64,000 bases of DNA from the NCBI RefSeq assembly GCF_009914755.1, contig NC_060944.1; one strand, written 5' to 3'. Shown one piece after another: positions 43,941-57,747 of this stretch. The translations under genes and the position numbers were made by a program. The stretch comes from the human T2T-CHM13v2.0 reference genome, Homo sapiens. Under the pieces are notes generated by a model, which was not told the DNA's origin, searched no databases, and was given only the letters and a program-made list of their open reading frames with translations. Position 1 is the stretch's first letter, and each line of letters opens with the position of its first letter.

Positions 43941-46269
43941 TTAAAACTGAAAGATCATTTGCAAAAGGCTGCAGCTTCTCCACAGGAAGCTGAGTCATCT
44001 CTCTTTGTTTTGAACCGTAACCATCACGTTGCCTCAGAATCTGAAAAATTAAAAAAGAACTAAAAAAATGCTGAGTTTCTTCATGGTGCAGAGGCCCTTC
44101 TTGTCTCCACACCAGAAGGAGCTGAGCAGAGGGGCCACAGCGATGGGACCCCCTCCAACCCACATTAAATACCTCCACCTGAATATTTATTGCAACGGCA
44201 AGAGCACTGCACCTGGAATCCGGTCTCACAGCCTTGGATTTGCCTTGCTAAGCCTCAGTCATCCAACCTGCCAGGCAGGTGCACCTGCCGCAGCCCTGCC
44301 TTCTCTGTGGAGCTGGTGCTCTCGGGGTGCACGAGTCAGGGTTGGGAGGATGCTTTCTCACCTGTACACCTGTGGATGGTACGATCACAACCCCAAATGC
44401 CTCCTCCCAGTACATTTGGCAGAATTCAGTCCAGAATCTGGGCCTTGGCCTAGCTCCTATAAACTCCCTCTCCTACAGATGGTGGGGTTCAGTAAGAGTT
44501 TGATGAAGAATGCAGGGGCTTTCTGTGCTTGTCTGGTATCACCCAGCTTCTGCCTTTTAAAATGCCTCATTCCTTATCTGTGTACTCAAACTCTGCCCCT
44601 TCTCCAAATCTCGGCTTGACTGACACCTTTTTCATGAGGCCCTCGCCCAGGTGACCACCCTGAGACCCTTACCGGTGAGTACTGTCTTCCTTATACTCAC
44701 CTCTGTGTGTAAGCTGGGCTTCCTGTGAGGACAGGGGCAGTGTCCTGATCACACATTGCTCCAGCTTCTGGAATTATGACCTATGTGAAGTAGGGAGGAG
44801 GCAGAGGGAACAACAAAAAAAAAGTTTTTTCAGTGAATGAATAAATAAATGAGACTTGAAAGATTTTTACCTTTGTGTTTTCTCTCTGACAATCAATTAT
44901 ACCTTTCACTTATCTCTTGTTTCTGATGAACAAGTTTAACATTCAACAAGCAACATGGCTTCTTGCAACATCAACAAATGCCCATCATTTTCAAGGCCGC
45001 ATAGTATTCCATTCTATGGAGAGCCATGATTTATCCAATCCTCTATCGATGGACTTTATTGTCATTTTCATCTTCTTATAAATAATGATGCAATAAATAT
45101 CCTTGTCCACACGAATTTGAGCCTAGAAAGTTCTTTATCATCCTAAGCTTATATAAATATTCATGGACAATTTCCTCTTGCATGCTTACAGCTTTGTGTG
45201 TGTGTGTGTGTTTCTAAATCTTTGGTATGTCTGAAATTTTCATCCATCTTTGTATCGCGGTGCAAAATGCACCTCTCTTTTGCCTTGAGACGAGTGTCAT
45301 GTGCCTTGGATCTATGGGTTGTGTGCACTTTCTATCTGGTGAGCACGCACTGTGTGTCAGGCCCCATGCTGGGAGCCAGGACCCAGAGATGAGCAAGACA
45401 GACGATCCTGACCATCAAGAAGCTCAGAGCCTAGAGAAGAACAATAAACACAGAAACAAAAGCCATCAAACACATGAACAGAAACGATTGGCTGCAGGAG
45501 TGTGCTATGGACAAAGTAACTCAGGTGCAGGTGAGATTAGAGGAGCTCTCTTTGGGGAAGAAGGAGATCTTTGAGCAGAGCTGGAAGGATGAGAAGCAGT
45601 CAGTTGTGTGAAGGTCAGGGGAAGAGCATTCCAGGCAGAGGGAACAGCATGAAAAAGGTACAGAGGCAGGGAAGCAAGACTTTTTTCCTTTCTGGAGCCT
45701 TTTGTAATCCCCCTTCCAGCCTCTCCCTCCTCCTGCAGACACGCTGGGCACCAGCCCCCTTTATCACATGACATTTGCTATTCCCAGGCCGTTCTCTCTG
45801 TCACTTACTTTAGTATTGTTACAAGTGTTCAGGAATAGGATGATTCCCCAGAGCGCTTCCTGCTTAGTCTGGATCCTCTCAGCTCTGTGGTGCTTCCTCA
45901 GCAGCCTTTGCTGCTACTGAAATGTCCAAAAAATTAAAATTAGTTTAATAGCACCTGGCATAGTACATGACACTTAATAGGTACTATTATCCCCATTTTA
46001 CAGGTGAAGAAACTGAGGCTCAGGGAAGTTAGCCATTCCAGCAGGCAGAGCTAGGATTCGAACCCAGCTCTGTCTTATTTCAAAGTCTGCCTTCTTCATG
46101 GAGCCCTAGTTTAACTGCATTTGTGCGAAAGCTAATGAGAGACTGCTGGTTAATCCTTAGTGCCCGGGGCCAGCTTTATCCCAAGCCCGATCAAGGCTTG
46201 TGGTGGGTGACCTTGGCCTTTGGCCTGATGGCTTCAGAAGAGTGGAAAGGAACCAGGGGAGGTTCTTAT

Positions 46270-46780
46270 TTTTTTGTTTTAAATTACAAATGTAATACAC
46301 GCTTGTGGTAAAGAAAAAAAAAATGAAACAAGAAAGAAAAAAGCAGCCACTGAAAATATCTCCTCCTCCCTAGTGTAACTGCTATTAACAGCCTGGTATC
46401 TTTTATAGTGCATGTTCAAACACATACATATACACCGTTATTGTTTTTATAAAAATGGAACCATGTCCTTGACTTTTTCTTGCAGGCAGTTCCAAGTCAG
46501 TACCTACACACCTTCCTCATTCCATCAGATGTATTTCAGTGTATTCAACCAGACCCTGGCTTTCGACATTTAGCTGTCTCTAATTCTCTCTGTAACAAGC
46601 AACATCCTTGGGCATGCATCCATGCACTGAGTACAGGTATTTCTGCAGGATGGATGCTCAGAAGTCTAATTGCTGAATGAAAGGGCATGCAAGTTTCACA
46701 CGTTGACAGGTGCTGCCAATTTGCCTTCCGAAGGCTCTTCCAGTGCAACACCCCTCCCAAGGCAGCGTGTGTGAGTGGGG
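46270..46780 (-). mobile_element. Old L1ME-like fragment next to the internal promoter
   Basis: Antisense L1M 3' region remnants (AACATCCTTG...AATTGCTGAATGAAAGGGCATG...TGCCAATTTGCCTTCC). Confidence 0.55.
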
Positions 46781-46799
46781 AAGGCTCTTAAGCCACAAA

Positions 46800-47078
46800 T
46801 GACGTGGAGCCGCGCTGTACTTAGGGGCTGCCTCCCCTTCTGCTCCCCGAGACCTGGCGTGGAGACCGCCACCAGGAGCTCCGAACACGCAGGCCCAAAT
46901 TGGAATAGGAGATGGATTTTGATAAAAGAGGTTAAATAACAGGTTTTTCCATTTCACCTTATACGAATGGGATGGGGGGTGGGGGTGCTGGGCCTCCAGC
47001 CAATAGAGGACCAAGAGTTGTCAGGAGGGCTTATAAAGCTTGCTATTTCTGGCATTTTTTCCTCTTTCTCTGCTGATT
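46800..47078 (+). promoter_or_regulatory. Putative internal promoter of the MQQTR exon
   Basis: TGACGTGG at 46800-46807, CCAAT at 47000-47004, TATAAA at 47032-47037, local CpG enrichment upstream of ATG 47079. Confidence 0.5.
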
Positions 47079-47204
47079 ATGCAGCAGACTCGCACAGAGG
47101 CTGTCGCGGGCGCGTTCTCTCGCTGCCTGGGCTTCTGTGGAATGAGACTCGGGCTCCTTCTACTTGCAAGACACTGGTGCATTGCAGGTGTGTTTCCGCA
47201 GAAG
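47079..47204 (+). CDS. TOX2: TOX2 alternative coding first exon, MQQTRTEAVAGAFSRCLGFCGMRLGLLLLARHWCIAGVFPQK (42 codons; partial CDS)
   Basis: Peptide matches my recall of the N-terminus of another human TOX2 isoform. Strong donor AAG|GTAAGC at 47204/47205, same phase (0) as exon 1a. Confidence 0.88.
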
Positions 47205-50200
47205 GTAAGCAGCGGGTGCCCACCGCCCCATGAGGTGGAGGTGGTCAGGCCGTCACTGTGGGCTGAAGATAGGTGATGTCTGGATGGGGGCAGGCAGGGA
47301 CCTGGACTGGTGCTTGTCACATTCTGGAATGAAGATGCTTTAGAGGGGCCAGGAGGCCTGCAGTTGGCAGCTCCTTCTTGGAGAGGAATTCTGGAGGCGG
47401 TTTGGGCTGTCCTCTGGAGAGCAGGGTCAGGCTGTGGCCTTGGTGCCCAGGCTGCTCAGGATCATTCATTCATTCATTCATTCATTCAGCACACCCTGCA
47501 GTAGGCCTGGCCAGGTGTGGGTTGGGGGGTCTGGCTGATTCAGACTGGAAACAATGGGAGCAGTAATGGGGATGGCCCATGGCTTGGGAGGAGCCCAGAA
47601 GATACCTGGGCTGAAGAGTGACAGGGGCCTTCCAAGAAGGCAAGACGGGTGAGAAGCAGCTGAGGACGTCACCAGGAATACCCGAGCTGCCTCTTCCACT
47701 AGATTTTGGAGTTTGGGGAATCAATAAAAATTTCTTGCCAAATTTGGTGAATGCCACCTTTTCCGTTTGTGAAGTAAGGACATTAAAAAATAACCAGTTG
47801 GGATCTCTACGCAGCATACTTTCGTAGAAGAAAGGACAGCAACAAATGAGAAAGGAACTAAGGGGACTTAAGGGGACACACATGCCCTTAATAGGTGGCA
47901 GAGATTTCAAATGCAGAAACCTAACGTGAAGGGGCCATCCCAGCTGTGCCTGGGAGGCTATCTTGGTGATGGGAGTTGACTGGGTTGGGGGCGGGGCTTG
48001 TTGCTGTTGATGGTGCTGCACCCAGCAGACCAGGAGACCCGACCTCTTCTCGTGCTCTGATTTATCACAGCCATTGTTGAAATCTGGCTTCGTGCATGTG
48101 TGTCCCAGCAAAAGAAGGCTCCCGCTCAGGTCCGCTTTCCGTCATTTGGAACATCCTGGGTGAACTGGGAGAGACCAGGAAACACCAGCTTCTGTGCCTC
48201 CTGGGATGGTTTCTACCTTCTCCACTCTGGGTCTGAAAGCCTGCAGGAGGCAGTGGGCCCAGGTCTGCAAGGGAAGCCTGAGGAGCCAGCTGGACACAGA
48301 ATGTAGCTATTGAGCACCTACTGTATACTGGGGTCTGGGTTAGGCACTGCTTACATATCTCAGCTCGGCCATAAATACAATCTGTGACATAGGGCAAGTT
48401 CCTTGAGCTTTCTGTCTCTTCATCCATAAAATGGGGACACTGATGCCTACTTTCTTGTGTTGTCATGATGGTGTGTGTGTATAAGCATTTACGTGTGTTC
48501 ATGTGTATATGTATGCACACATGCACGTGTGCACACACTCACTGTGTAACACTTTGCCTGGTGTGTGGAAGGACCTCATTAATGAGGCATGAATGAATGA
48601 ACAAATGACCTAGGATGTCGGCTCAGCTCATGAGGAGGGCGTGGCTCACAACGGCATGTGTTTGTGTGCATCTGCGTGTGTGATCCAGGGAGCTCTCTTC
48701 TTGTGCTTAAGAGTCAGAGGCTCTGGAATCTGTTTGGGGAGCTTGAAGGGAGGGCCATGTCTGTTTCACAGCCCTGGCTAATAGGAATTCTTTGTGTTTC
48801 TGGTCACTTCCATGGGTTCTTGACTGGGAGAGGAGTTCATGGCAAGGACTGACTGGCCATTTTGAAAGAGAACCAACCGATCCTTTTAGTGTTAACACTT
48901 CCTGAACAACTTACTGAATACCACTCATCAGCACTGTGTTGGTGGGGCCCTGGGAAAACAGCCAGCCAGTAAGCCAGCATTCAGATTGCTACCTGACGAC
49001 CTGTTTGCTGAGAGCCCCTGGCTGGGAAGGAAGGTGCTGGAAGGAAAGGAGTCTTGGAAGGGAGAGAGTGGCTGAGAATTGCACCCTCACACATGCTCCC
49101 TGCCTGGAGAACAGAAGCTGAGCCAGGTTTAAGACCTTGTTTTAAGTCATGGCTCTGTTCCTTACTTGCTGTGTGACCTCAGCACAGCAACCTCTCTCAG
49201 CCAGAGCTTCCTTGCCTATAAAATGACATTGTTAGGAGGACTAAGTGGGATAAAATATGTAAAGCACATTGTTGGTGCTCAGTAAATAACGTGTTCTCCT
49301 GGGGAGGGAAGAGGCCCTGGAGAGCTTTTGCCTGAAACCAGGGTGTCTGTTGGCACACAGGGGCCCAAACACGGCAGGCACCTGCTGAATATTTATGGGA
49401 AGAATGAAGGTGTGCAGAAGTGGGAGGCCTGAGTTGCAGGGCTTTTCCTGCCATTAGTAATTGCTGTGTGATCTTGGGCCAGTTCTTCATCCCCTTTGGA
49501 CCTTTGATTCCCTCAGAAGAAGAGTCCAGGCTGATGGCTTCAACCCCTGCTCTTCCACTGTGTTGGAAATCGGGTATGTGGGAGCCTCCAGAGCAGGATG
49601 AGCTTCATGTTTGAAATTAATTTCCTTTCCTCGGCCGGCGGCATCCCTGATGACTCTCCCCTGCTGCCTTGTGCATGAACAAACCGGTAATTAATGAAAT
49701 TGGGAGCAGGGGCAGGGAGGTGAGGTTTCCAGTGGAGGCAGCTGGGGGTCTGCTGGGGCAGCCTCTGTGCCACCCACTGGGAGGCCCCGGGCCTGCTGGG
49801 GCAGCCTCTGTGTCGCCCACTGGGAGGCCCAGGGCTGCCCAGGAGCTGCCATCTCCGTCTAGCCAGGGGGCCTGGCAGATGTTCACACATCTGGACAGTT
49901 GCAAAGGGAGGCATGAAATATAGATGGGGAGATGGGGAGTGAATTCTCCAGCTTCTCCTGGGCCTGGGGAGCCATTTTCCAGGGAGGGCCTCGGGAACCT
50001 CCTGCTGTTGGGTGTTGAGATGAGCCTGGAGTAGCAATTGGGTGGACCTGGATTTTTAGCCTTTGGTCTCTTGACTTCTAGTTGTGAGGCTTGAGGCAGC
50101 TCACTTAACCTCCCTGGGTCTTCCTTGCTGTGAAGAGCAATTGAGGCCATGGGAGCAGCAGCCCCCTAGTCATGGGGGGATTGGTGTAGAAAGGCAGCTT

Positions 50201-52445
50201 TGATTTGCATGTCCTCACCCCAGGGGCTCATCTAGAAGGAAACAGTTACTCTCAATGGCCCTTTTCCTGATTCACACCCTCCGTCACCTCAAAATGCCCC
50301 TTCTACTTTGTGCCCACTTTTTATATATGACTGTCCACCCCTCGGCTTAGGCCACAAATGTGGGATCATCTTTGACCCCTTTCTCTGCCTTACTCCTTGC
50401 ATCTAATCCAACTGCACTTGCTGCTGGCTGTACCTTCAGGGTGCAATGACTTCTCCCCGCTTCACTATTACTTGTCACCGGGATGACCGCAGGAGCCTCC
50501 TCCCAGGCCTCCCTGCCTCCACCCTTCCTCCTTAGTCTGTTCTTCTCGCAGCAGCCAGTGGGATCTCTGAGAACCACCTGATGCGCACATCCCTCCCTGC
50601 TTAAAGCCTGTGGTTGGTTGTCTTTTGTAATCAGCTGGATCTGTTCTGATACCTTTAATATACCCACCTGGGGGAGCTGGGCACCTGTCTGATCTCACTT
50701 TTTGCAGTCCACAAGCTAGCTTCTGCCTCCTGCAGAATCACTGTCCTGCCACCTCCTAAATCCGCTTCCCCACTGACCAAGCTATTGTGCCTCTTAATTT
50801 TACTTTCAGACCCCTTTGTCTGGAATGGTTCTTTTACCCCTTGGACTCCTGTTTATTCTCGCAGGTGTGGTCACGACATCCACGGCTTTCCAGAAGCCTT
50901 CTCTGATTGCCCCCACCGTCTAGCCGCAACTATCAGAGCCAGGGTCCCCTTCCCTGTGCCCGCTTCTGTCATTGTCCTCCCCATCAGTGCTGTGATGCTC
51001 TGGGAGGACATCACCCACGATGATGCACCTTTATTCTCACACGTGCTGCAAGGCCAGACAGCACAGAAATGTTAATTTAGGCAGTAGATGCAAAAGACCT
51101 CCCTGCAAATTAAGGGCCTTCAGACCTAGACAGACTGGAATAGGATCCTCAAACTGGTTTGATTTGGCTGTGACCTTGGACAAGCCACCTAGCCTCTCTG
51201 CTTTGGAGGGTCACGAGGATTGACGAGATGACATGTATAACAAACATCCTCCTCTTTCCCACTTGCTGGATTGTAAGTGTTCCCAAAGACACTTGGAATG
51301 TTTAACCCCTCACATCTGCTCTGAGCAGAGCAAACTCAACAATGCATAGACGAGCCCACCACAGAACCCCAAACAGGAGCAAAAATAGCAGCCATCGGGG
51401 CAACCTGAGATGCAGAAGCCACAGGAAGAAGCCGCAGGCCAAGCGGATGTCAGCGGCTCTGAGGCCCTGCTGAGGTTCCTCGGATGTGCTGAGCTCTGCA
51501 GCCCTCTCGCCTGCCCTCGCTGGCTCCCCAACCACAGCATCAGATAAGGCCGGTGGAAAAAGTGCTGGCTTCCTCTTTCTGGGGAGGGGTAATCTCAGTG
51601 CCATCTGTGGGGCACACTCCATCCCCAGTTGCCTCTCTGGCCTCCCCTCCCCCTCCCCACTGCTTGCTCTGCCTGTCTTTGCTGGTCTCTTTGCTGACCG
51701 AGGTCACACCTGCCGGCAGCTCCCATCTTAGGGCCTGTACACAGGCTGTCAGGCCCTGGAATGCTCTCCCCAACACATCTACTTGGCTCACTCCCTCACC
51801 TCCTTCCAGTCTTGGCTCCACTATCACTTCCTCAATGAGGCCCACCTTGACTGCTCTGTTTAAACGTGCATACCCTCCATCTCGACATTCCCAATACCCC
51901 TCACCTGCTCAACTCTTTCTTCTTTCCATATACCATGTAAGTCACTTATTGACTATGTGTATTGTTTTCTATCTCCAATGCAAGAGCGTAAACTCCAGGG
52001 GTCTTTGTTCACTGCTGTCTCCCAGGATCCCAGAATAGTGCCTGGCACAAAGTAGATGCACAGCAAATACTTTTTTGGTGCACGGACGCATGAGTACATG
52101 AGTAAGAACCAGCCCAGCAATCAGAAGAGGTTCAGGCTAGATTTTGGGGTGAGGGGGGTTTGTTTCTGGGCTCCAGGCCCCAGGGATGGGCTCACGTAGT
52201 CATTAAGGATTCTGGCCCCATGATTGACCTGCATTGGCCAGAAGCCCCTGCTGACCTTCAGGGCGATAGCTGTCTGGGGCCAGAGAAGGGTCTGGAAGCC
52301 TGTGGTCCCTTTCAGGAGGGACCCTTGCAGTAGTTAAGAGTTTGGCTTTGGAACCACATTGCTGTGGGTTTGAATCCCAGCTCCACCACTTCCTAGGTAG
52401 ATAGCCTTCACGTCTACCTCTCTGTATTTGAGTTTTCTACCTTTA

Positions 52446-52788
<343 letters not shown>

Positions 52789-52873
52789 TTATGAGGGTTA
52801 CATGCAATATAGATAAAGTGCCTGACTCATGGTAGATGATCAGCAAATGACCATTACTATTAAACTTATTATG

Positions 52874-53503
<630 letters not shown>

Positions 53504-53514
53504 TAAACTTAACT

Positions 53515-53906
53515 GAGCATGTTAGGGTTATGCTGCCGTAACAACCCCCTGAATCTCAGTTGCTTATCATAAGGAAGGCTTATTTTTGCTCTTACTATGT
53601 GTTCCATGACAATCAGCAGAGAAGTAGGGGTTGGGCTCTGCTCCACAGATCACTCAGGGCTGTAGGTTGGTCAAGTCTCGACCATCTGGAACCTTGCTGG
53701 TCCTCTAGAGAAAGCCTGCAGATCTCAAGTTTGCTTTTTTATACTTCTACCCAGAGGAGACCCACGTTGTTTCTGCTCATAACCCATTGGTCTAAACTAG
53801 ACGCATAGCTCCAATAAATGGTAAGGGGAGCCTGAGGTGTAGTGTCCTATGTGCCAGGAAGGAGAGGAGAGCCAGATATTGGAGAGCAGTAGTAAAGTCT
53901 ACCACA
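53515..53906 (-). mobile_element. Old MLT1 LTR fragment
   Basis: TATGCTGCCGTAACAACCCCCTGAATCTCAGT...AGTCTACCACA. Confidence 0.55.
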
Positions 53907-53983
53907 GCAGGTACTTCCCTCTCTGCCCTCTCCAGACATATAGGCAGACTGAGACACAGTTAGTCGGTACTTACGGGACTCAC

Positions 53984-54461
53984 TGTGGGTGGCTGAATAA
54001 TGACCCCTAAGTATAGCTAGGTCCTAATCTTTGAAACCTGTGTATGTTACTTTAAATGGCAAAAGGGGCTCTGCAGATGTGATTAAGGGTCTTGGGATGG
54101 GGAGAGTATCATGGGTTGTCTGGGTGGGCCCTATAGGATCACAGTGGTCCTTATAAGTGAGGAGGGGTTGCAGAATCAGGAGAAGGTGATGTGAGGATGG
54201 AAGCAGAGACTGGGGTGACGGCTATGAAGATGGAGGAAGGGACCACAAGCTAAGGAACACAAGCAGCCACTAGACACAGGGAAAGGCAAGGAAATGGATT
54301 TTCTCCTAGAGCCTACAGACCAGCCAGCCCTGATGACACCTTGGTTTTAGCCCAGTGAGGCTGATTTTAGACTTCGGGCTTTCCAGAACTGTAAGAGAAT
54401 ATGTTGTTTTAAGTCACCTGTTTATGGTGATTTGTGACAACAGCCCTAGGAAACTAATATA
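53984..54461 (+). mobile_element. MLT1C/D solo LTR
   Basis: TGTGGGTGGCTGAATAATG...GCAGATGTGATTAAG...CCAGAACTGTAAGAGAATA...GGAAACTAATA. Confidence 0.82.
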
Positions 54462-57442
54462 TCACCTTCAGTCAGAAAATCATTTGAGACCCAGTGCATA
54501 GAAGCCGCCTCTGTCTGCTCAGACAGAACTGACCCCTTCCTCCTGTCTGTTGTGGCGCCCCTTGTACCTGTCTGTCATCACGTTCATGCACAGGCAGAGG
54601 TGTCTCTTAACATAGTCCTTCCACTCCCAACCCGCATGCTCCAACATGTATGCCCACACTCTCAGCCACTCTTTGAGCCTCTCATTGCTTGGGCTGATCC
54701 GGGTTGGTGTGTGTCCACGTCTGTAGGAATGCAGGGCAGGCTGGTGGCAAGGTCAGTGTAAAGGACTTGTCTCTGGGGAAAGGGCCCTGGCATGCCCCAG
54801 GAGTGGCTCAGTTGGCGGGAGAGTAGAGGCCCTGTGGAAGATGGTGGGAGGGTGAAGGATGGGGCTGGAGAAATCAGCAGGGACCAGGTCAAGCAGGACC
54901 TTAGGACCAAGAGAAAGAGGTGGATCTTTGTTTTGAGGACAGAGAGGAGCCTAGTAGGATTTTGAGCAGGGGGGCGACTATGGATGACTGATGACTGGGT
55001 TCTCCTGGTTTGCGACTAGGTTAGAAGACTGTCTTTGTCCTCCCATCTTCTGGAAGTCAACTCTATGCCAGACACTCCTGAGCTATGCTTTTCACAGGAT
55101 TTCTCATGCATCCATTTTATAGAGGAGAAAGCTGAGACTCAAAGAATGGAACCTCATGGAATCCATCCTCCACGTGGCTAGCTGAGTCATCTTTTAAACT
55201 ATAAATTAAAGCATGTTACTCCCCTGCAAGAACTCTCCAAGGGCTTCCCATCTGGGATGAAATCCAAGTGCCTTATGGTGGCCCTAGGACCCCAAATCAC
55301 GTCCTTGCCTCGCCCCTCTGCCTACTGTGTCCTGCCTGTTATTCCCCCTGCATGCGAGAGCTTCTACTTGTGGACCTCAGGGACTTTGCATTGCTGCTCC
55401 CTCTGCCTTAAATGCTCCCACCCACTACTTGTTGCCTGACAGCCTCCTTCTCTCTCTTCTGGGCTCCCTCAGTTTAATTGCTGCCTCTACAGAGAGACCC
55501 TGTCTCCACACTTCCTGTGTTTGCTGCACAGCACTTAGCACAATGCAACGTGTGACCACCTTTGTGTGTTTGCTTGTTTGTTGCCTGCCTCCTGCAGTGG
55601 ACTCTGAGGCCTGCAGGGGCTGGGACTGTGTCTACCTTGCTTCTCGTTGTGTCCCAGCCCCCAGGAGCTGGTATGAAGGGGGCACTCAGCGAACAAACCT
55701 CTGCGGAAAGATGAAGGATGGGTCCTGTGTGCAGAGGGAGCTCTGGACCTTTGAGGGTGGCTGGAGGCTCCTGGACCTGCCTTGGAGGACAGACACCAGG
55801 CAGGGGCCAGCTGAGGAGGAGTGCCAGTGATTTCTCTGGGCACCTGGGCAGCCCCATTCCTATTGCACCTGGCCTTGACCCACTCCCTGTGCTGTCTACA
55901 TTCTCTGTCACATTAAATGCTCTGCCTGCCATTTCAGCCTCTGGGAGGATCCACGAGGGTGTGGGGAGAGACGTCAGACCTGGGTTTGGATCCCAGCTCA
56001 GCCACTTAATAGCTATGAGACCTTGCACAATTCCCTTTAACTTTCCAAGCCTCAGTTTCTTCCTATGTAAAATGGGCATACAGAGGGACAGCCTTCTAGC
56101 ACGTGACTCCTGGTGCTTGATTCGCTTGAAACTGCCTTATCTACAATCCAAAAAGCCCTGCGACGAGAAGTTGTTTTGTCAATATGCTGCAAACTCATTT
56201 GGCCCCCAAAATCTGACCTGAGCTGACGCGAGGCTCTTTGTAATCTTTACTCACCCCACTTGTGTGAATATTCATATGTTCCACTGCAGAAATATGAATG
56301 TGTTCCATTGCAGGTGTTGCCTGAGGCTCCACTGAAGCTATGGCATAATTTGCAGAATTTGCACTTCATTACTTTTCTGAAATTCAAACAAATTCTGAAA
56401 CTGCACGAGTTCTGGCTGAGAGCTGTGGATCTGTGCATGTGAGTAGCTGCTGAAAACCCTCCTGGGTCACAGGAGGGCCCATGGGGGCCTCTGGCAGCCA
56501 TCGCAGAGCCTGAAACCCGTTGTTTCCCCTTGGCTGGCTTCTGGTTTCTTGGCAGCCAGTGTCTTCTTAGCCACCTGGGGTTATGTTGGGTTTTGCTGGT
56601 TCAGGGGCAGGGGTTAAAGCTTAGGGCAGGGTGAGCCGAGGTACTCAGACATTTCTGATGTGAATTTAAAAGGAGAATTTTTTTTTAATGAATCATCAGA
56701 AGAAAGAAATCAGAAGGAAGTGTGTGACCAAGGAGAGGAAATTAGGGTTTGCAAATTGCATGAGTCACCCCCTTTCTGACTCCTGGGTGATCCCTTGCCC
56801 TTGGCACTTTTCACTCATCTCTGAGACTCTCAAGGCCGTATTCTGCATAACATGCTGGGGCTGTCATGGTTTTATTCTGGCTCCAAACCTGCTTCTCATT
56901 CTAGCCATCAGTATAAATTTCTAGTTTTGAATCACTGCCACGCTGTTTTACTTATTATTGTGTTAGCCAGTGTTTCTTCCCTGCCCAAGCCCTGCTCAGA
57001 CTCCCGTTTCCCCATCTTAGTTAGCATCTACAACCCATTCTCCACCCAGAAGCCAGAGGCCAGTTTCTGAAGTGCAGCCCACATTCCGGGTTTCAGTCTC
57101 ATCTCCCCAGTGTGGCCCTTGAAGCTCCCTTGTGATAAGGCCCTGCTTGCCTTTCTGTCTTATCTTGCACCGCCTTACTATTCCATGAATGGGCCCTTCC
57201 CTCCAGCTCCCAGGCTTTGGCAAATGCTGTTCCCACTGGCCTCTGCCCTCGCCTGGCTAGTTGTGTGCATGCTGCGGGTAGATCTGCTTAGAAGCCACCT
57301 CTTCCGTGAAGTCTTTTTACAAGGCCCTTGTCTAGGCCCCACGAACCTGGCTTCCCATCTACTTATCACCCACCCATATTCTGATTCCTGGTCCTGTCCC
57401 CTTCCCTAGACCATGAGCTCCGGGACAAAGACTGTGTGTCCA

Positions 57443-57747
<305 letters not shown>

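Noticed and set aside
44068-44619. 183-aa ATG-initiated ORF in the intron
   Set aside because: No recognisable domain, composition typical of random intron sequence, and its end runs into L2-like sequence.
47482-48111. 209-aa minus-strand ORF
   Set aside because: No recognisable homology; ends in a (TGAA)n L2 tail.
55327-56221. Overlapping 167-201 aa ORFs on both strands
   Set aside because: They overlap L2 and MIR remnants and are translations of decayed repeats.
56090-56440. Possible ancient DNA-transposon (Tigger-like) remnant
   Set aside because: The resemblance is only impressionistic and no TIR or TSD could be established, so it was not listed as a feature.
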